Shown: in pieces, positions 19,118 through 28,694 of the stretch
Position numbering within the stretch: the stretch's first letter is position 1
Layout of the letters: every line of letters begins with the position of its first letter
Source of the DNA: an uncultured Acidobacteriota bacterium
Lineage (GTDB): Bacteria > Acidobacteriota > Vicinamibacteria > Vicinamibacterales > CAVVIG01
NCBI GenBank assembly: GCA_963757655.1
Contig: CAVWSQ010000006.1
Location: 293,356-357,355, forward strand
Direction: 5' to 3'
DNA: 64,000 nt
Made by a program: the position numbers and the translations under genes
Notes under the pieces: model-generated
Databases searched by the model: none
What the model was told of the DNA's origin: nothing
The model's input: the letters and a program-made list of their open reading frames with translations, nothing else

Positions 19118-20821
19118 CTATCTTTTTTTGTCCGCGATCTCAGCGGTCTCAGAGGATCCCTGCCGAACGGCCTGTGAGGCAGGCCGCTGGGTATAACTGA
19201 TCGCCATCCCGACAACAACCACCACAACTGCGCCAATCAGGTTGTGCCAGAGGAATGCGATCCACGGCAGCTGCGTGGCGACGGTGAGCACGGCGACCAT
19301 GCCGGCAATGAGCCCGAAAAACGCGCCTAGTGCGGTCGCCCGCTTGGTCATGATCGCCAGGATGAAGACGCCGAGCAGCGATCCGTAGACGAACGACCCG
19401 TAGCGATTGACGACCTCGATCAGCGATCCCTGGTTCGCCGCGCGCGTCGCGACGTAGCACGCAAACAGGCCCCAGGCAAACGTGGCCAGCTTGGACACCA
19501 CCACGTAGTGCGAGTCGGGTGCGTCTTTCACGAAGTGGCGGCGGTAGAAATCGATCACGGTTGCCGTCGCCAGCGCGTTCAGTTCGCCGCCGCTGGCCGA
19601 CATCGCCGCCGCAAAGATCGCCGCGATCATCAGGCCGACCAGTCCAATCGGCATCTGCGTGGTGATGAACGTCGGGAACACATAGTTGACGTCGCTGTAT
19701 TCCCGGTCGCCAGTTGTGTCTTTGACGACGTCCGACGCCCTGGCGCGGATCGCCTTCAGGCGGGCGTCGCTGGCCACGAAGGCGGCACGATCCGCGCGCA
19801 CTGCCGCGCCGCGACGGGTCATGACCTCGGCATCGAACTGCTGCTGCAGCCCGGCGTATTCGGCAGCGTGCGAGCTGGCCGCGACTTGCGCGTCGTAGAC
19901 GTGGTTGAACAGCATCGGCGGCGTGTTGACCAGATAGAACACGAACACCAGCACGCCAGTGGTCAGAATCAACAGCTGCAACGGGATCTTGACCCACGCG
20001 CTCATCATCAGCGACTGGCGCGCCTCGTCAATTGACTTGGCCGTCAGGTAGCGCTGCACCTGGCTCTGATCGCATCCAAAGTACGACAGCATCAGGAACG
20101 TGCCGCCGAGCATCGCCGACCAGAACGTATAGGTCTCGCTCAGGTTGAAGCTGAAGTCCACCGCCTGCAATCGGCCGGTCGCCCCCGCCAGATCGAGCGC
20201 CTGGCTGAAGCCGACATGCTGCAGGATCCCATAGAGCAGGATGACCGCCGCCGCCGACATGCCGAAGACCACGATGAACATCTGCTTCACGTCGGTCCAC
20301 GCCACCGCCTGCACGCCGCCAATCGTGGTATAGGCGATCATCGGGATGCAGATCACCAGCACGGTGACCGGCAGCGACCAGCCCAGAATCACCGACATGA
20401 CGACCGATGGCGCCGCCAGCGTGACGCCGAGCGAGGCGGCGCGCCCGACCAGGAACAGGAAGCTCGCCAGCGATCGGACGCGCACGTCGAAGCGGCGCTC
20501 GAGATACTCGTAGGCGGTGTACACGCGCGCACGGGTGAAGAACGGCACCACCGTCAGCGACAGAATCACCATCGCCAGCGGCAGCGGGAAATAGTTCTGG
20601 ATGAACCGCAGGCCGGTGGAGTACGCCAGGCCGGTGGTCCCGACGATGGTGACGGCGCTCATCTGCGTGGCCATCACAGAAAGGCCGACGGCCCACCACG
20701 GCAGCGACCGGTTGGCCAGCAGATAGCCGTCCACCTTGTCGGTCCCCTTCGATCGACGCAAGCCGTCGATGATGATCCAGCCGACATAGGCGACGACGAC
20801 GATCCAGTCGAAGGAACGCAT
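19118..20821 (-). CDS. Sodium:solute symporter (SSS family)
   Basis: YLLANRSLPWWAVGLSVMATQMS, TAYEYLERRF, GGVQAVAWTD, DQSQVQRYL. Confidence 0.93.
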   Translation of the reverse strand: MRSFDWIVVVAYVGWIIIDGLRRSKGTDKVDGYLLANRSLPWWAVGLSVMATQMSAVTIVGTTGLAYSTGLRFIQNYFPLPLAMVILSLTVVPFFTRARVYTAYEYLERRFDVRVRSLASFLFLVGRAASLGVTLAAPSVVMSVILGWSLPVTVLVICIPMIAYTTIGGVQAVAWTDVKQMFIVVFGMSAAAVILLYGILQHVGFSQALDLAGATGRLQAVDFSFNLSETYTFWSAMLGGTFLMLSYFGCDQSQVQRYLTAKSIDEARQSLMMSAWVKIPLQLLILTTGVLVFVFYLVNTPPMLFNHVYDAQVAASSHAAEYAGLQQQFDAEVMTRRGAAVRADRAAFVASDARLKAIRARASDVVKDTTGDREYSDVNYVFPTFITTQMPIGLVGLMIAAIFAAAMSASGGELNALATATVIDFYRRHFVKDAPDSHYVVVSKLATFAWGLFACYVATRAANQGSLIEVVNRYGSFVYGSLLGVFILAIMTKRATALGAFFGLIAGMVAVLTVATQLPWIAFLWHNLIGAVVVVVVGMAISYTQRPASQAVRQGSSETAEIADKKR

Positions 20822-20835
20822 TCGGGTGGTTATGG

Positions 20836-20898
20836 ATGGCTGATGGCTGATGGCTAATGGCTAATGGCTAATGGCTAATGGCTAATGGTCAATGGCTG
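20836..20898. repeat. Heptamer tandem repeat ATGGCT(A/G), 9 copies
   Basis: Directly visible, immediately upstream of the symporter start. Confidence 0.95.
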
Positions 20899-20908
20899 AG
20901 GGGGGGAC

Positions 20909-20992
20909 TCATGAAAACATCCGGCCGAATATCCAGAGCGCGACGATGATGACCGCCTCCAGTGCCAGGACCTGCACGTAGGTCGACGTCAT
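20909..20992 (-). CDS. 27-aa single-TM small protein, candidate symporter accessory subunit
   Basis: MTSTYVQVLALEAVIIVALWIFGRMFS; AGAGAG purine tract upstream; directly precedes the SSS gene. Confidence 0.55.
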   Translation of the reverse strand: MTSTYVQVLALEAVIIVALWIFGRMFS

Positions 20993-21027
20993 CCGCGTGT
21001 CGCTCTCTGGCCGGTCGCGGTCCGGCG

Positions 21028-22482
21028 TCACAGCGCGGCGCTCCTGGCGGCGAGCGTCAGCTCCGCGCTGGCCAGCGCGTCGGTCTCGGCGGTCCACCAG
21101 GCCTCGTCGGCCTCGAGCTGCTGGTGCGACACCTGTGCGGCGCGCGTCGTTTCCTCCGGGGCCGGTCCGCCGTAGGTCCTGCGGATTTCGACGAAATGCC
21201 GGGGACTGAGTATCCGCTGCAGTGCCGACTCGGTGTAGGCGAGGCTCTTCCCCAGCACGTCGGTCGACGCGTCGGCGAGCAACGCGGCGAACGGGCGATC
21301 GGGCTGGCGCTGGCGTCCTCCGACGAAATGCGCGGCGACGGCGTGGGCCTGGCGAAACGGCAGGCCGTGCTCGCGCGCCAGGGTGTCGGCCAGTTCGGTC
21401 AGCGTCGTCCAGCCGTCACCGGCACGGGCCTCGAGCGCGGGTGGGTCGAACTGCGCCGATGACATCGCGGCGGCCACCAGCTGCACTGCCCGCGTGGCAT
21501 CGCGGAACATCGCGAAGACGAGCGGCTGCAAATCGTCTTCGGTGTCGACAATGTCGCCAAACGGCGTGTTGTGCGCGGTCAGCACAATCGCCTGCGCCTG
21601 CCCCAGCGCCTTGCTGCCGATCGCCCGCGCGTGTTCGAGGGCGACCGGATTGCGCTTCTGCGGCATGATGCTGCTGCCCTGCACGTAGCCGTCGCCGAGC
21701 CGGAGGTACCCGAACTCGGCCGTGCTCCACAGCAGCATGTCCTGCACGAAGCGGCCATGCCCTGTCAGCAGCACACTCGTGGCTGACGTGCTCTCCAGCA
21801 GGTAATCGACCGTCGCGATGCTGCCGTAGGTATTGCCGGTCGGTCCGCTGAACCCGAGCAGCGACGAGGTGAGGCTGCGATCGATGGGAAAGCCGGTGCC
21901 GGTAATCGCGCAGGCGCCGAGCGGGTTGCGATTGGTGCTGGCGAAAGCAGCCTTCAGCCGGACGCCGTCCCGCTCGAGCTGTTCGACCACGGCCAGAAGG
22001 TAGTGGGCGACGGTGCTGGGCTGCGCCCGCTGCGTGTGCGTATGGAGCGCCAGGATGGTGTCGCGGTTGCGGTCCGCCAGTTCGAGCAGCGACCGGCGCA
22101 GCGAGAAGGTTCCCGCCAGCAGGCCGAGAATCAGCTCGCGCTGCCGCATGCGGTACATCGTCATGTCGATGTCGTTGCGCGAGCGCGCCGTGTGCAGCCG
22201 CCCCGCGACGTCGTCGCCGCAACCCTGGATGACCAGGCGCTCGACGTAGAAAAACAGGTCCTCGTAGGTGCCGTCATACGTGACGCAGCGGATCTCGTCC
22301 TGCGACACGCGGTCGAGCGCTTGGCGCAGCGTATGTGCGTCGGCGGCCGACACGATGCCCTGGGCTGCCAGCATGACCAGGTGGGCGTAGTTGATCGCCA
22401 TCATCGGCGAGAGCAGGAGGGCCTTGGCGTCTTCGAAATTCTCGTTGAGGACGTAGGTGATGTATTCCGGCGCAAACCTCAT
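21028..22482 (-). CDS. argH: Argininosuccinate lyase
   Basis: LHTARSRND, THTQRAQP, GSSIMPQKRNP, ELADTL...PFRQAH. Confidence 0.88.
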   Translation of the reverse strand: MRFAPEYITYVLNENFEDAKALLLSPMMAINYAHLVMLAAQGIVSAADAHTLRQALDRVSQDEIRCVTYDGTYEDLFFYVERLVIQGCGDDVAGRLHTARSRNDIDMTMYRMRQRELILGLLAGTFSLRRSLLELADRNRDTILALHTHTQRAQPSTVAHYLLAVVEQLERDGVRLKAAFASTNRNPLGACAITGTGFPIDRSLTSSLLGFSGPTGNTYGSIATVDYLLESTSATSVLLTGHGRFVQDMLLWSTAEFGYLRLGDGYVQGSSIMPQKRNPVALEHARAIGSKALGQAQAIVLTAHNTPFGDIVDTEDDLQPLVFAMFRDATRAVQLVAAAMSSAQFDPPALEARAGDGWTTLTELADTLAREHGLPFRQAHAVAAHFVGGRQRQPDRPFAALLADASTDVLGKSLAYTESALQRILSPRHFVEIRRTYGGPAPEETTRAAQVSHQQLEADEAWWTAETDALASAELTLAARSAAL

Positions 22483-22635
22483 CGCTGGAAGTATATCGAG
22501 TTCCCTCTGCGGACGCGGATCGGGCGCCGTGGCGTCAACGGGGAACGGGTCCGATTCAAAAGGGGCTTGACAAGCCAGCCGGTGCGGCCATGATCAGCGC
22601 TGCTGTTCGTCCACTTCTTTCGCAAAGGAGCTTCC

Positions 22636-23346
22636 ATGGTTCTCACAACCAAAACACACCGTCGCGGCTTCCTCGGCCGCCTCGTCGGCGCCGCGGCCGC
22701 ACTCGGCGTCGCCGGCGATGGACAGCGCGCCGAGGCGCAAACGCCCGGTCCCGAAGACTGGATCAAGAACGTCACGGGAACCCACCGCTGCCTGTTCGAT
22801 TTCCCGCAGCACAAGAACGGGCTGCCGCTCCTCCACATCGTCAACTACCTCAACACCTATGCGACGGCTTACAAGACCGCGCCCGGACAAGTCGCCGCGG
22901 TGGGAACCTTCTACGGCATCGGCGGGCAGTCCAGCATCCCACTGGCCTTCAACGACGCGATGTGGGCGAAATACGGGCTCAGCGAGTACACCGGCTTGAA
23001 GGACGCCTCGGGCAAGCCTTACATGCGGAACGTCTTTCACAAGCCGACCGGAGACGATCTGCATTTGCTCATGCAGGTAGTTCAGTCCCCGAGGATTCCG
23101 ATGTTGGCCGGTGCGATGCCGGCGCTCGGCATCGAGAGCCTGCAGAAGATGGGAACCACGTTTCTGCTCTGCAACAACGCCTTCGGCGGATGGTGCGCCG
23201 AGCTCGAAGCGAGAGGCAAGGGCAAGATGGCGGACCTCGAAACCGAGCTCAGGGCCAACTTGCTGCCGGGCGTGATCACCGTGCCGGCAATGGTCATCGC
23301 GATCGAATCGGCTCAGCGCGCAGGCATCACCTACAACAGACAGTAG
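22636..23346 (+). CDS. Tat-exported hypothetical protein, possibly DsrE-like fold
   Basis: HRRGFLG twin-arginine signal; FLLCNNA; VPAMVIAI..AQ..G; AAGGAG SD. Confidence 0.75.
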   Translation: MVLTTKTHRRGFLGRLVGAAAALGVAGDGQRAEAQTPGPEDWIKNVTGTHRCLFDFPQHKNGLPLLHIVNYLNTYATAYKTAPGQVAAVGTFYGIGGQSSIPLAFNDAMWAKYGLSEYTGLKDASGKPYMRNVFHKPTGDDLHLLMQVVQSPRIPMLAGAMPALGIESLQKMGTTFLLCNNAFGGWCAELEARGKGKMADLETELRANLLPGVITVPAMVIAIESAQRAGITYNRQ

Positions 23347-23429
23347 GAAAGGAGACGGTCTTCGGGCCGTCCCTCGAAGCGCGGCTTCAGGCGGGGCAGA
23401 GGTCGGCCTTTCACGCCTATAATCGCGGG

Positions 23430-24813
23430 ATGAAGTACTCCGTCCTGGCCGTGCTATTGGCCGGCTCCGTCGTCTCCGCGCAGACCGGTCCGAACGATCC
23501 GCGTGCGCGGGAGATCTACAAAGAGCTTGTCGAGATCAACACCACCGACACTCCGGCAGGCAACGTCACCAAGGCGGCCGAAGCCGTCGCGACGCGCCTC
23601 AAGGCGGCGGGGTTCCCCGCCGCCGACATGCAGATCCTGGGACCCGATCCGCGCAAGGGCAACCTGATCTTCAGATATCGCGGGACCGGCGCCCGCAAAC
23701 CGCTGCTGCTCCTGGCGCATCTCGACGTGGTCGAGGCCAAGCGCGAGGACTGGTCGATGGATCCGTTTGCATTCGTCGAGAAGGACGGTTTCTTCTACGG
23801 TCGCGGCACCAGCGACGACAAGGCGATGGCGTCGCAGTTCATCGCCAACCTGATCCGGTTGAAGGAGGAGAACTTCAAGCCGGACCGCGACCTGATTCTC
23901 GTGCTCACAGCCGACGAAGAAGGCGGCAATTTCAACGGCGCCGAGTGGCTCGTGAAGAACCACAAGGATCTGATCGACGCCGAGTTCGCGATCAACGAAG
24001 GCGGCGGCGGCACCATGCGCAAGGGGAAGTACCTCACCAACGAGGTGCAGGCCAGCGAGAAGGTGTACCAGGACTTTCACCTCGAGGTCACCAATCACGG
24101 CGGCCACAGCTCCCTGCCAGTCAAGGACAACGCGATCTACCACCTCGCCGGCGGCCTGGCCAGACTGGCGGCCTACGAGTTTCCGGTCGAGCTGAACGAA
24201 GTGACGCGCGCGTACTTCGCGCGCTCGGCGGACGTGGAGACGGATGCCAAGCTGGCGGCCGACATGCGCGCCGTCGCGAAGGCAACGCCGGATCTCGCCG
24301 CCGCCGCACGGCTGTCGGCGTCGCTGCCGTACTACAACGCGATGATGCGGACGACCTGCGTCGCCACCAAGCTGCTGGGCGGACACGCCACCAACGCGCT
24401 GCCACAGATGGCGAGCGCGAACGTCAACTGCCGCATCCTGCCTGGTGTCTCCCCCGCCTCGGTGAAGGCCAAGCTGGTGGAGGTGCTTGCCGACCCGAAG
24501 ATTTCCGTCGCATTCGTCGACGAGGCGCATCCGAGCAAGCCGTCGCCGCTTCGTCCCGACGTCATGACACTGGTCGAATCGCTCACCAAGCAGATGTACC
24601 CAGGGGTCGTTGTCGTGCCGGTGATGAGCACCGGCGCCACCGACGGTCTCTACCTGCGCAACGGCGAAATTCCGACCTACGGCATCGACGGCACCTTCGG
24701 CGACATGGACGATGTGCGCGCACACGGCAAGGACGAGCGCGTCGGCGTGAAGCAGTATTTCGAAGGGCTGGAGTTTCAGGTACCGGCTGATCAAAGCGCT
24801 GGCGACGAAGTAG
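23430..24813 (+). CDS. Secreted M20/M25/M40 metallopeptidase, apparent 1-nt frameshift near 24780
   Basis: LAHLDVV, GRGTSDDK, ADEEGG, GGHSS, GATDG, RAHGKDER; removing one G at 24779-24780 gives the C-terminus EFQYRLIKALATK* ending 24813. Confidence 0.85.
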
Positions 24814-24831
24814 CGCGTTGCGTCACAAGCT

Positions 24832-26469
24832 GTGGCCCGCGCCGACACCGTGACGATTGCCGCCACCCACGTGATCCAGGCGCAGCGGCCGGCGGCGGGC
24901 GCGGCCGCCGCGCCGGCGATCGGACACGATCCGGACGTCCTCGCGTCGTTTCTCGAGGATGCGGCGCACTTTCCCGGAGGATTCGCCGCCGGCCTCTGCA
25001 CGCCGGCGTCGGCAGCGGAGGTCGCCGCGCTGCTGCAATCGGCTTCGTCCGTGCTCGCCGTTGGCGCGCAGTCGTCACTGACCGGCGGCGCCACCCCGCG
25101 CGGCGAGATCGTGCTGAACACGTCGCACCTCAATCGCATTCTCGCGACCGGTGACGACTGGATCCGGGTCGAAGCCGGTGTCACCCTCGTCGATCTCGAT
25201 GCGGCGCTGGCGAACATCGGCAGGCACTATCCGCCAGTGCCGACTTTCACCGGCGCCTTCGCCGGCGGCATCGTCGCCACCAACGCCGCTGGTGCGGCGA
25301 CGTTCAAGTACGGGACGACCCGCGACTGGGTGCGGGGACTGACGGTCGTGCTGGCCAACGGCGATGTTCTCGACATCGTGCGCGGACACACGCGCGCCCA
25401 CCCTGACGGCTTCTTCGAATTCGTGCTGTCGGACCGGACCGTGCGCGTCGCAGTGCCGCGCTACCGGATGCCGGACGTGCCCAAGACCTCGGCCGGATAC
25501 TTCGCCGCCACCGGCATGGATGTGATCGATCTCTTCATTGGATCGGAGGGGACGCTCGGCGTGATCACGGAGGTGACGCTTCGCATCCTTCCGGAGCGGC
25601 CGGGCATGTGCCTGGCGTTCGTGCCGTTCGGCGACAGGAGCGATGCCCTGGCATTGGTGGCGCGGCTGCGCGACGCGGCGCGCGAAACCTGGCGGACGCG
25701 CGATCCGCGTGGGATGGACGTGTCGGCGATCGAACACATGGATGCGCGCTGCCTTGCGCTGCTGCGCGAGGACGGCGCCGATCGCGCCAACGGCGTCGCC
25801 ATACCCGATGGGACCGAGATGGCGCTGCTGGTGACGCTGGAGCTGCCAGCCGGCACCACGCCGGCGGCCGCGTTCGATGAAATCGGCCGCGCGCACGATC
25901 TGAACCCACCCGACACGGCTCTGGTCCGCTTTTGCAGGGTCCTCAGCGAAGCCGGCGTGCTGGACGACGTCGAGATCGCGGTGCCCGGGGATACGGCGCG
26001 CGAGCGGCAGCTGCTGGCGTTGCGCGAGGCGGTGCCGGCCGGCGTCAACGCGCGGGTGGGGCGGGCGAAACAGCATGACCCGCGCATCGCGAAGACGGCG
26101 GCGGACATGATCGTCCCGTTCGACCGGCTCGGCGAGCTGTTGAAGATTTACGACCGGGAATTTCGCAGCCGCGGGCTCGACGCGGCCGTGTGGGGACACA
26201 TCTCGGACGGCAACCTGCACCCCAACGTGATCCCGCGCTCGATGGACGAGTGCGAATCAGGCAAGGCCGCAATTCTCGTGTTCGGGCGTGAGGTGATTGG
26301 ATTGGGCGGCTCGCCGCTGGCCGAACACGGCGTCGGACGCAATCCGGTGAAGCAGCAACTGCTGCTCGAGCTCTACGGCAGGGACGGGGTGAATCAGATG
26401 CGCGCGGTCAAGCGAAGCCTGGATCCGGACTGCAAGCTTGCTCCCGGTGTACTCTTTAGCGAGAGATGA
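24832..26469 (+). CDS. FAD-binding oxidoreductase (GlcD/D-lactate dehydrogenase family)
   Basis: SSLTGGA, GGIVATNAAG..KYG, GSEGTLGVIT, GHISDGNLH, AEHGVG. Confidence 0.88.
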   Translation: MARADTVTIAATHVIQAQRPAAGAAAAPAIGHDPDVLASFLEDAAHFPGGFAAGLCTPASAAEVAALLQSASSVLAVGAQSSLTGGATPRGEIVLNTSHLNRILATGDDWIRVEAGVTLVDLDAALANIGRHYPPVPTFTGAFAGGIVATNAAGAATFKYGTTRDWVRGLTVVLANGDVLDIVRGHTRAHPDGFFEFVLSDRTVRVAVPRYRMPDVPKTSAGYFAATGMDVIDLFIGSEGTLGVITEVTLRILPERPGMCLAFVPFGDRSDALALVARLRDAARETWRTRDPRGMDVSAIEHMDARCLALLREDGADRANGVAIPDGTEMALLVTLELPAGTTPAAAFDEIGRAHDLNPPDTALVRFCRVLSEAGVLDDVEIAVPGDTARERQLLALREAVPAGVNARVGRAKQHDPRIAKTAADMIVPFDRLGELLKIYDREFRSRGLDAAVWGHISDGNLHPNVIPRSMDECESGKAAILVFGREVIGLGGSPLAEHGVGRNPVKQQLLLELYGRDGVNQMRAVKRSLDPDCKLAPGVLFSER

Positions 26470-26789
26470 AGCGGCTGTTGTTGTGGCTCATCGCGGTCGT
26501 CATCGCCGGGGTACCGACGATCACCGATGGGTGTCGACTCGCATGTGCGAAGGACCGTCCGGCGGAGTGCCCACTGCATCAGCCCACGCCGCAGCCCTGC
26601 TCGCACGATCAATCAGTCAGCGCCGCCGATCTGACCCGTCCGACCGTCGACCTGTTGCGGACGGCGGTGGTCGCCATCGTCAGCGCGCCGGCGTGCCTCG
26701 TGAATTTCCCTCACGCAATCGATGTGGTGGCCATCGACCGCCAACACGCGCCTCCACTGCGGTCGCGCCACGACATTCTCCGAATCTGA
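26466..26789 (+). CDS. Small Cys/His-rich exported protein, DUF2946/CruR-like leader candidate
   Basis: Hydrophobic N-terminus; CRLAC, CPLH, PCSH; C-terminal HAPP...LRI. Confidence 0.65.
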   Translation: MKRLLLWLIAVVIAGVPTITDGCRLACAKDRPAECPLHQPTPQPCSHDQSVSAADLTRPTVDLLRTAVVAIVSAPACLVNFPHAIDVVAIDRQHAPPLRSRHDILRI

Positions 26790-26879
26790 TCCGTTCCGGG
26801 CTCTCCCGACTCCACTCGTCGCGTGGACCTCTGTTCGCGCAAATGCATTGTGCAGACCTGGGGTCTGCCCGGAGATCAG

Positions 26880-28082
26880 ATGCACCCTCGTGTCGTTGTG
26901 TTGTTGTCGATCTGTACCGTGCTCTGGCCGCCTGTGGCGCGCGCGCAGGACGAGCCTTCGCCCTGGATGCTGATGTCCGATGGTGTGCTGTTTGCGACCG
27001 TCAATCACCAGGGCGGACCCAGAGGCGGCGATGAATTCCTCTCGACCAACTGGTGGATGGGCATGGCGAGCCGCTCGGCGGGCGGGGGCCAGCTGACGCT
27101 GACCGGCATGCTCAGCCTCGATCCGGCCACCGCAACGGCGCGCGGCTACCGCGAGATCTTCCAGGCGGGCGAATCGTACCAGGGGCTGCCCATCGTCGAT
27201 CGCCAGCATCCGCACGATCTGATCATGCAGGCGGCGGTGCTGTGGCGCGTGCCGATCGACTACGAAACCGGACTCACGATCGCGGCGGCGCCGATTGGAG
27301 AGCCGGCGCTGGGGCCAACCGCGTTCATGCACCGGCCGTCCGCGGCCGAAAATCCGGCGGCGCCGCTCGGTCACCATACGCTCGATTCGACCCACATTGC
27401 GATGGGCGTGATCAGCGTCGCGCTCGACCACGGCCCGTTCACGCTGGAAACGTCGCTGTTCAACGGACGCGAGCCGGACGACAACCGGTGGGACGTGATG
27501 GATCCGGGTGCGCTGGACTCGTGGTCGGTACGGGAATGGTACGAGCCGTCACCGGCGTGGCAGTTCCAGGTGTCGCATGGATTGCTCAAGCAGCCCGAAG
27601 CGGGCGAGCCTGGCGACATCAGGCGGACCACCGCCTCGGCGGCCTGGCTCGGACGCCGAGCGGACGGGTTCATGTCGGCCACAATCGCGGTCGGCCGTAA
27701 CGACACCAGCCACGGCGCCTTCCACGCGCTGCTCGCCGAGGGGACCGCCAAACGCGGCCGCATGTCCCTGTACGGCCGGCTTGAACTGGCGCAGAAGGAA
27801 ACCGCGTTGCTGGCCGACCAGGGTACTGCGGCCATCGGGATAGCGCTCGACGCCCGCAGCGGCGTGACCGCGCTGACCCTCGGAACGGTGCGGGATGTCG
27901 CGCGTTGGCGAGGCTTCGAGATTGGTGTCGGTGGTGACGTGACCGGCTATTGGGTGCCGGACACGCTGCAACCGTCGTACGGCAGCCACCCGACGTCGTT
28001 CCATCTGTTTCTGCGAGTGCGACCACCGGCGGGCCACATGGGGCGGATGTGGAATATGCGGATGACCAGGCCGATGCAGTGA
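26880..28082 (+). CDS. Hypothetical secreted protein, probable outer-membrane beta-barrel
   Basis: Signal peptide; amphipathic beta-strands; DRQHPHD, PALGPTAFMHRPSA, PLGHHTLDSTHI, FNGREPD. Confidence 0.75.
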   Translation: MHPRVVVLLSICTVLWPPVARAQDEPSPWMLMSDGVLFATVNHQGGPRGGDEFLSTNWWMGMASRSAGGGQLTLTGMLSLDPATATARGYREIFQAGESYQGLPIVDRQHPHDLIMQAAVLWRVPIDYETGLTIAAAPIGEPALGPTAFMHRPSAAENPAAPLGHHTLDSTHIAMGVISVALDHGPFTLETSLFNGREPDDNRWDVMDPGALDSWSVREWYEPSPAWQFQVSHGLLKQPEAGEPGDIRRTTASAAWLGRRADGFMSATIAVGRNDTSHGAFHALLAEGTAKRGRMSLYGRLELAQKETALLADQGTAAIGIALDARSGVTALTLGTVRDVARWRGFEIGVGGDVTGYWVPDTLQPSYGSHPTSFHLFLRVRPPAGHMGRMWNMRMTRPMQ

Positions 28083-28094
28083 CCGCGCGCGGTA

Positions 28095-28694
28095 TCAGGC
28101 GATCAGCGCGGCGACGCCGACGCTGAGGAGGCCGCCGATCAGCAGCCACAGTGGCAGCGCACCGGCGGTGCTCGAGCCGATCGCGCCGGCCTCGACGCCG
28201 GTGTCGATCGTCAATCCTTCGACCGCCGCCGCCGCGCGTGACTGCGCGACGAATGACGCCGCGATGGCGCTGAGGAGAAACAACCAGCCAATCCCGAGCG
28301 CCGCCCGCGCGCCGACGCCGCCGGCCACCAGCCGCGCCGACAATACCAGCGTCGCAATCCAGGCCGTGACCGCAACACCCGCGATCAGACGCAGCCTGCC
28401 GATCTCACGATCGGCGGCCTGACGCAGCCGTTCGAGGCGCATCGCCCGCTCGGCGCGCTGGCGTTCGGCGGCGAGCTGTTCGCGCTCGAGTTCGAGCCGA
28501 CGCGAATCGCGGTCGAACGCTTCCTTCAGCGCAGCGACCACGACCCCGGCGAGACGGGCTTCGAGGCCGGCCGGCGCCCGATCGCTGGATTGGAGCTGCC
28601 GATCCGGCGCGGCCTCCGCCGGCGGCTGGCGGCCGCGCGCGAAGTTGGCCAGGCCGAGGGCGGCGTCGATGAGTTGCAGCCAGGGGACCGGCAT
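28095..28694 (-). CDS. Hypothetical membrane protein (coiled coil plus 3 TM helices)
   Basis: Abuts the M61 gene; charged helical region followed by hydrophobic segments. Confidence 0.75.
   Translation of the reverse strand: MPVPWLQLIDAALGLANFARGRQPPAEAAPDRQLQSSDRAPAGLEARLAGVVVAALKEAFDRDSRRLELEREQLAAERQRAERAMRLERLRQAADREIGRLRLIAGVAVTAWIATLVLSARLVAGGVGARAALGIGWLFLLSAIAASFVAQSRAAAAVEGLTIDTGVEAGAIGSSTAGALPLWLLIGGLLSVGVAALIA

Noticed and set aside
22590-25154. 854-aa ORF in the ORF track
   Set aside because: Artefact: the true start is ATG 23430, the 5' part is an off-frame overlap of the Tat protein gene, and the 3' extension comes from the 24780 frameshift.
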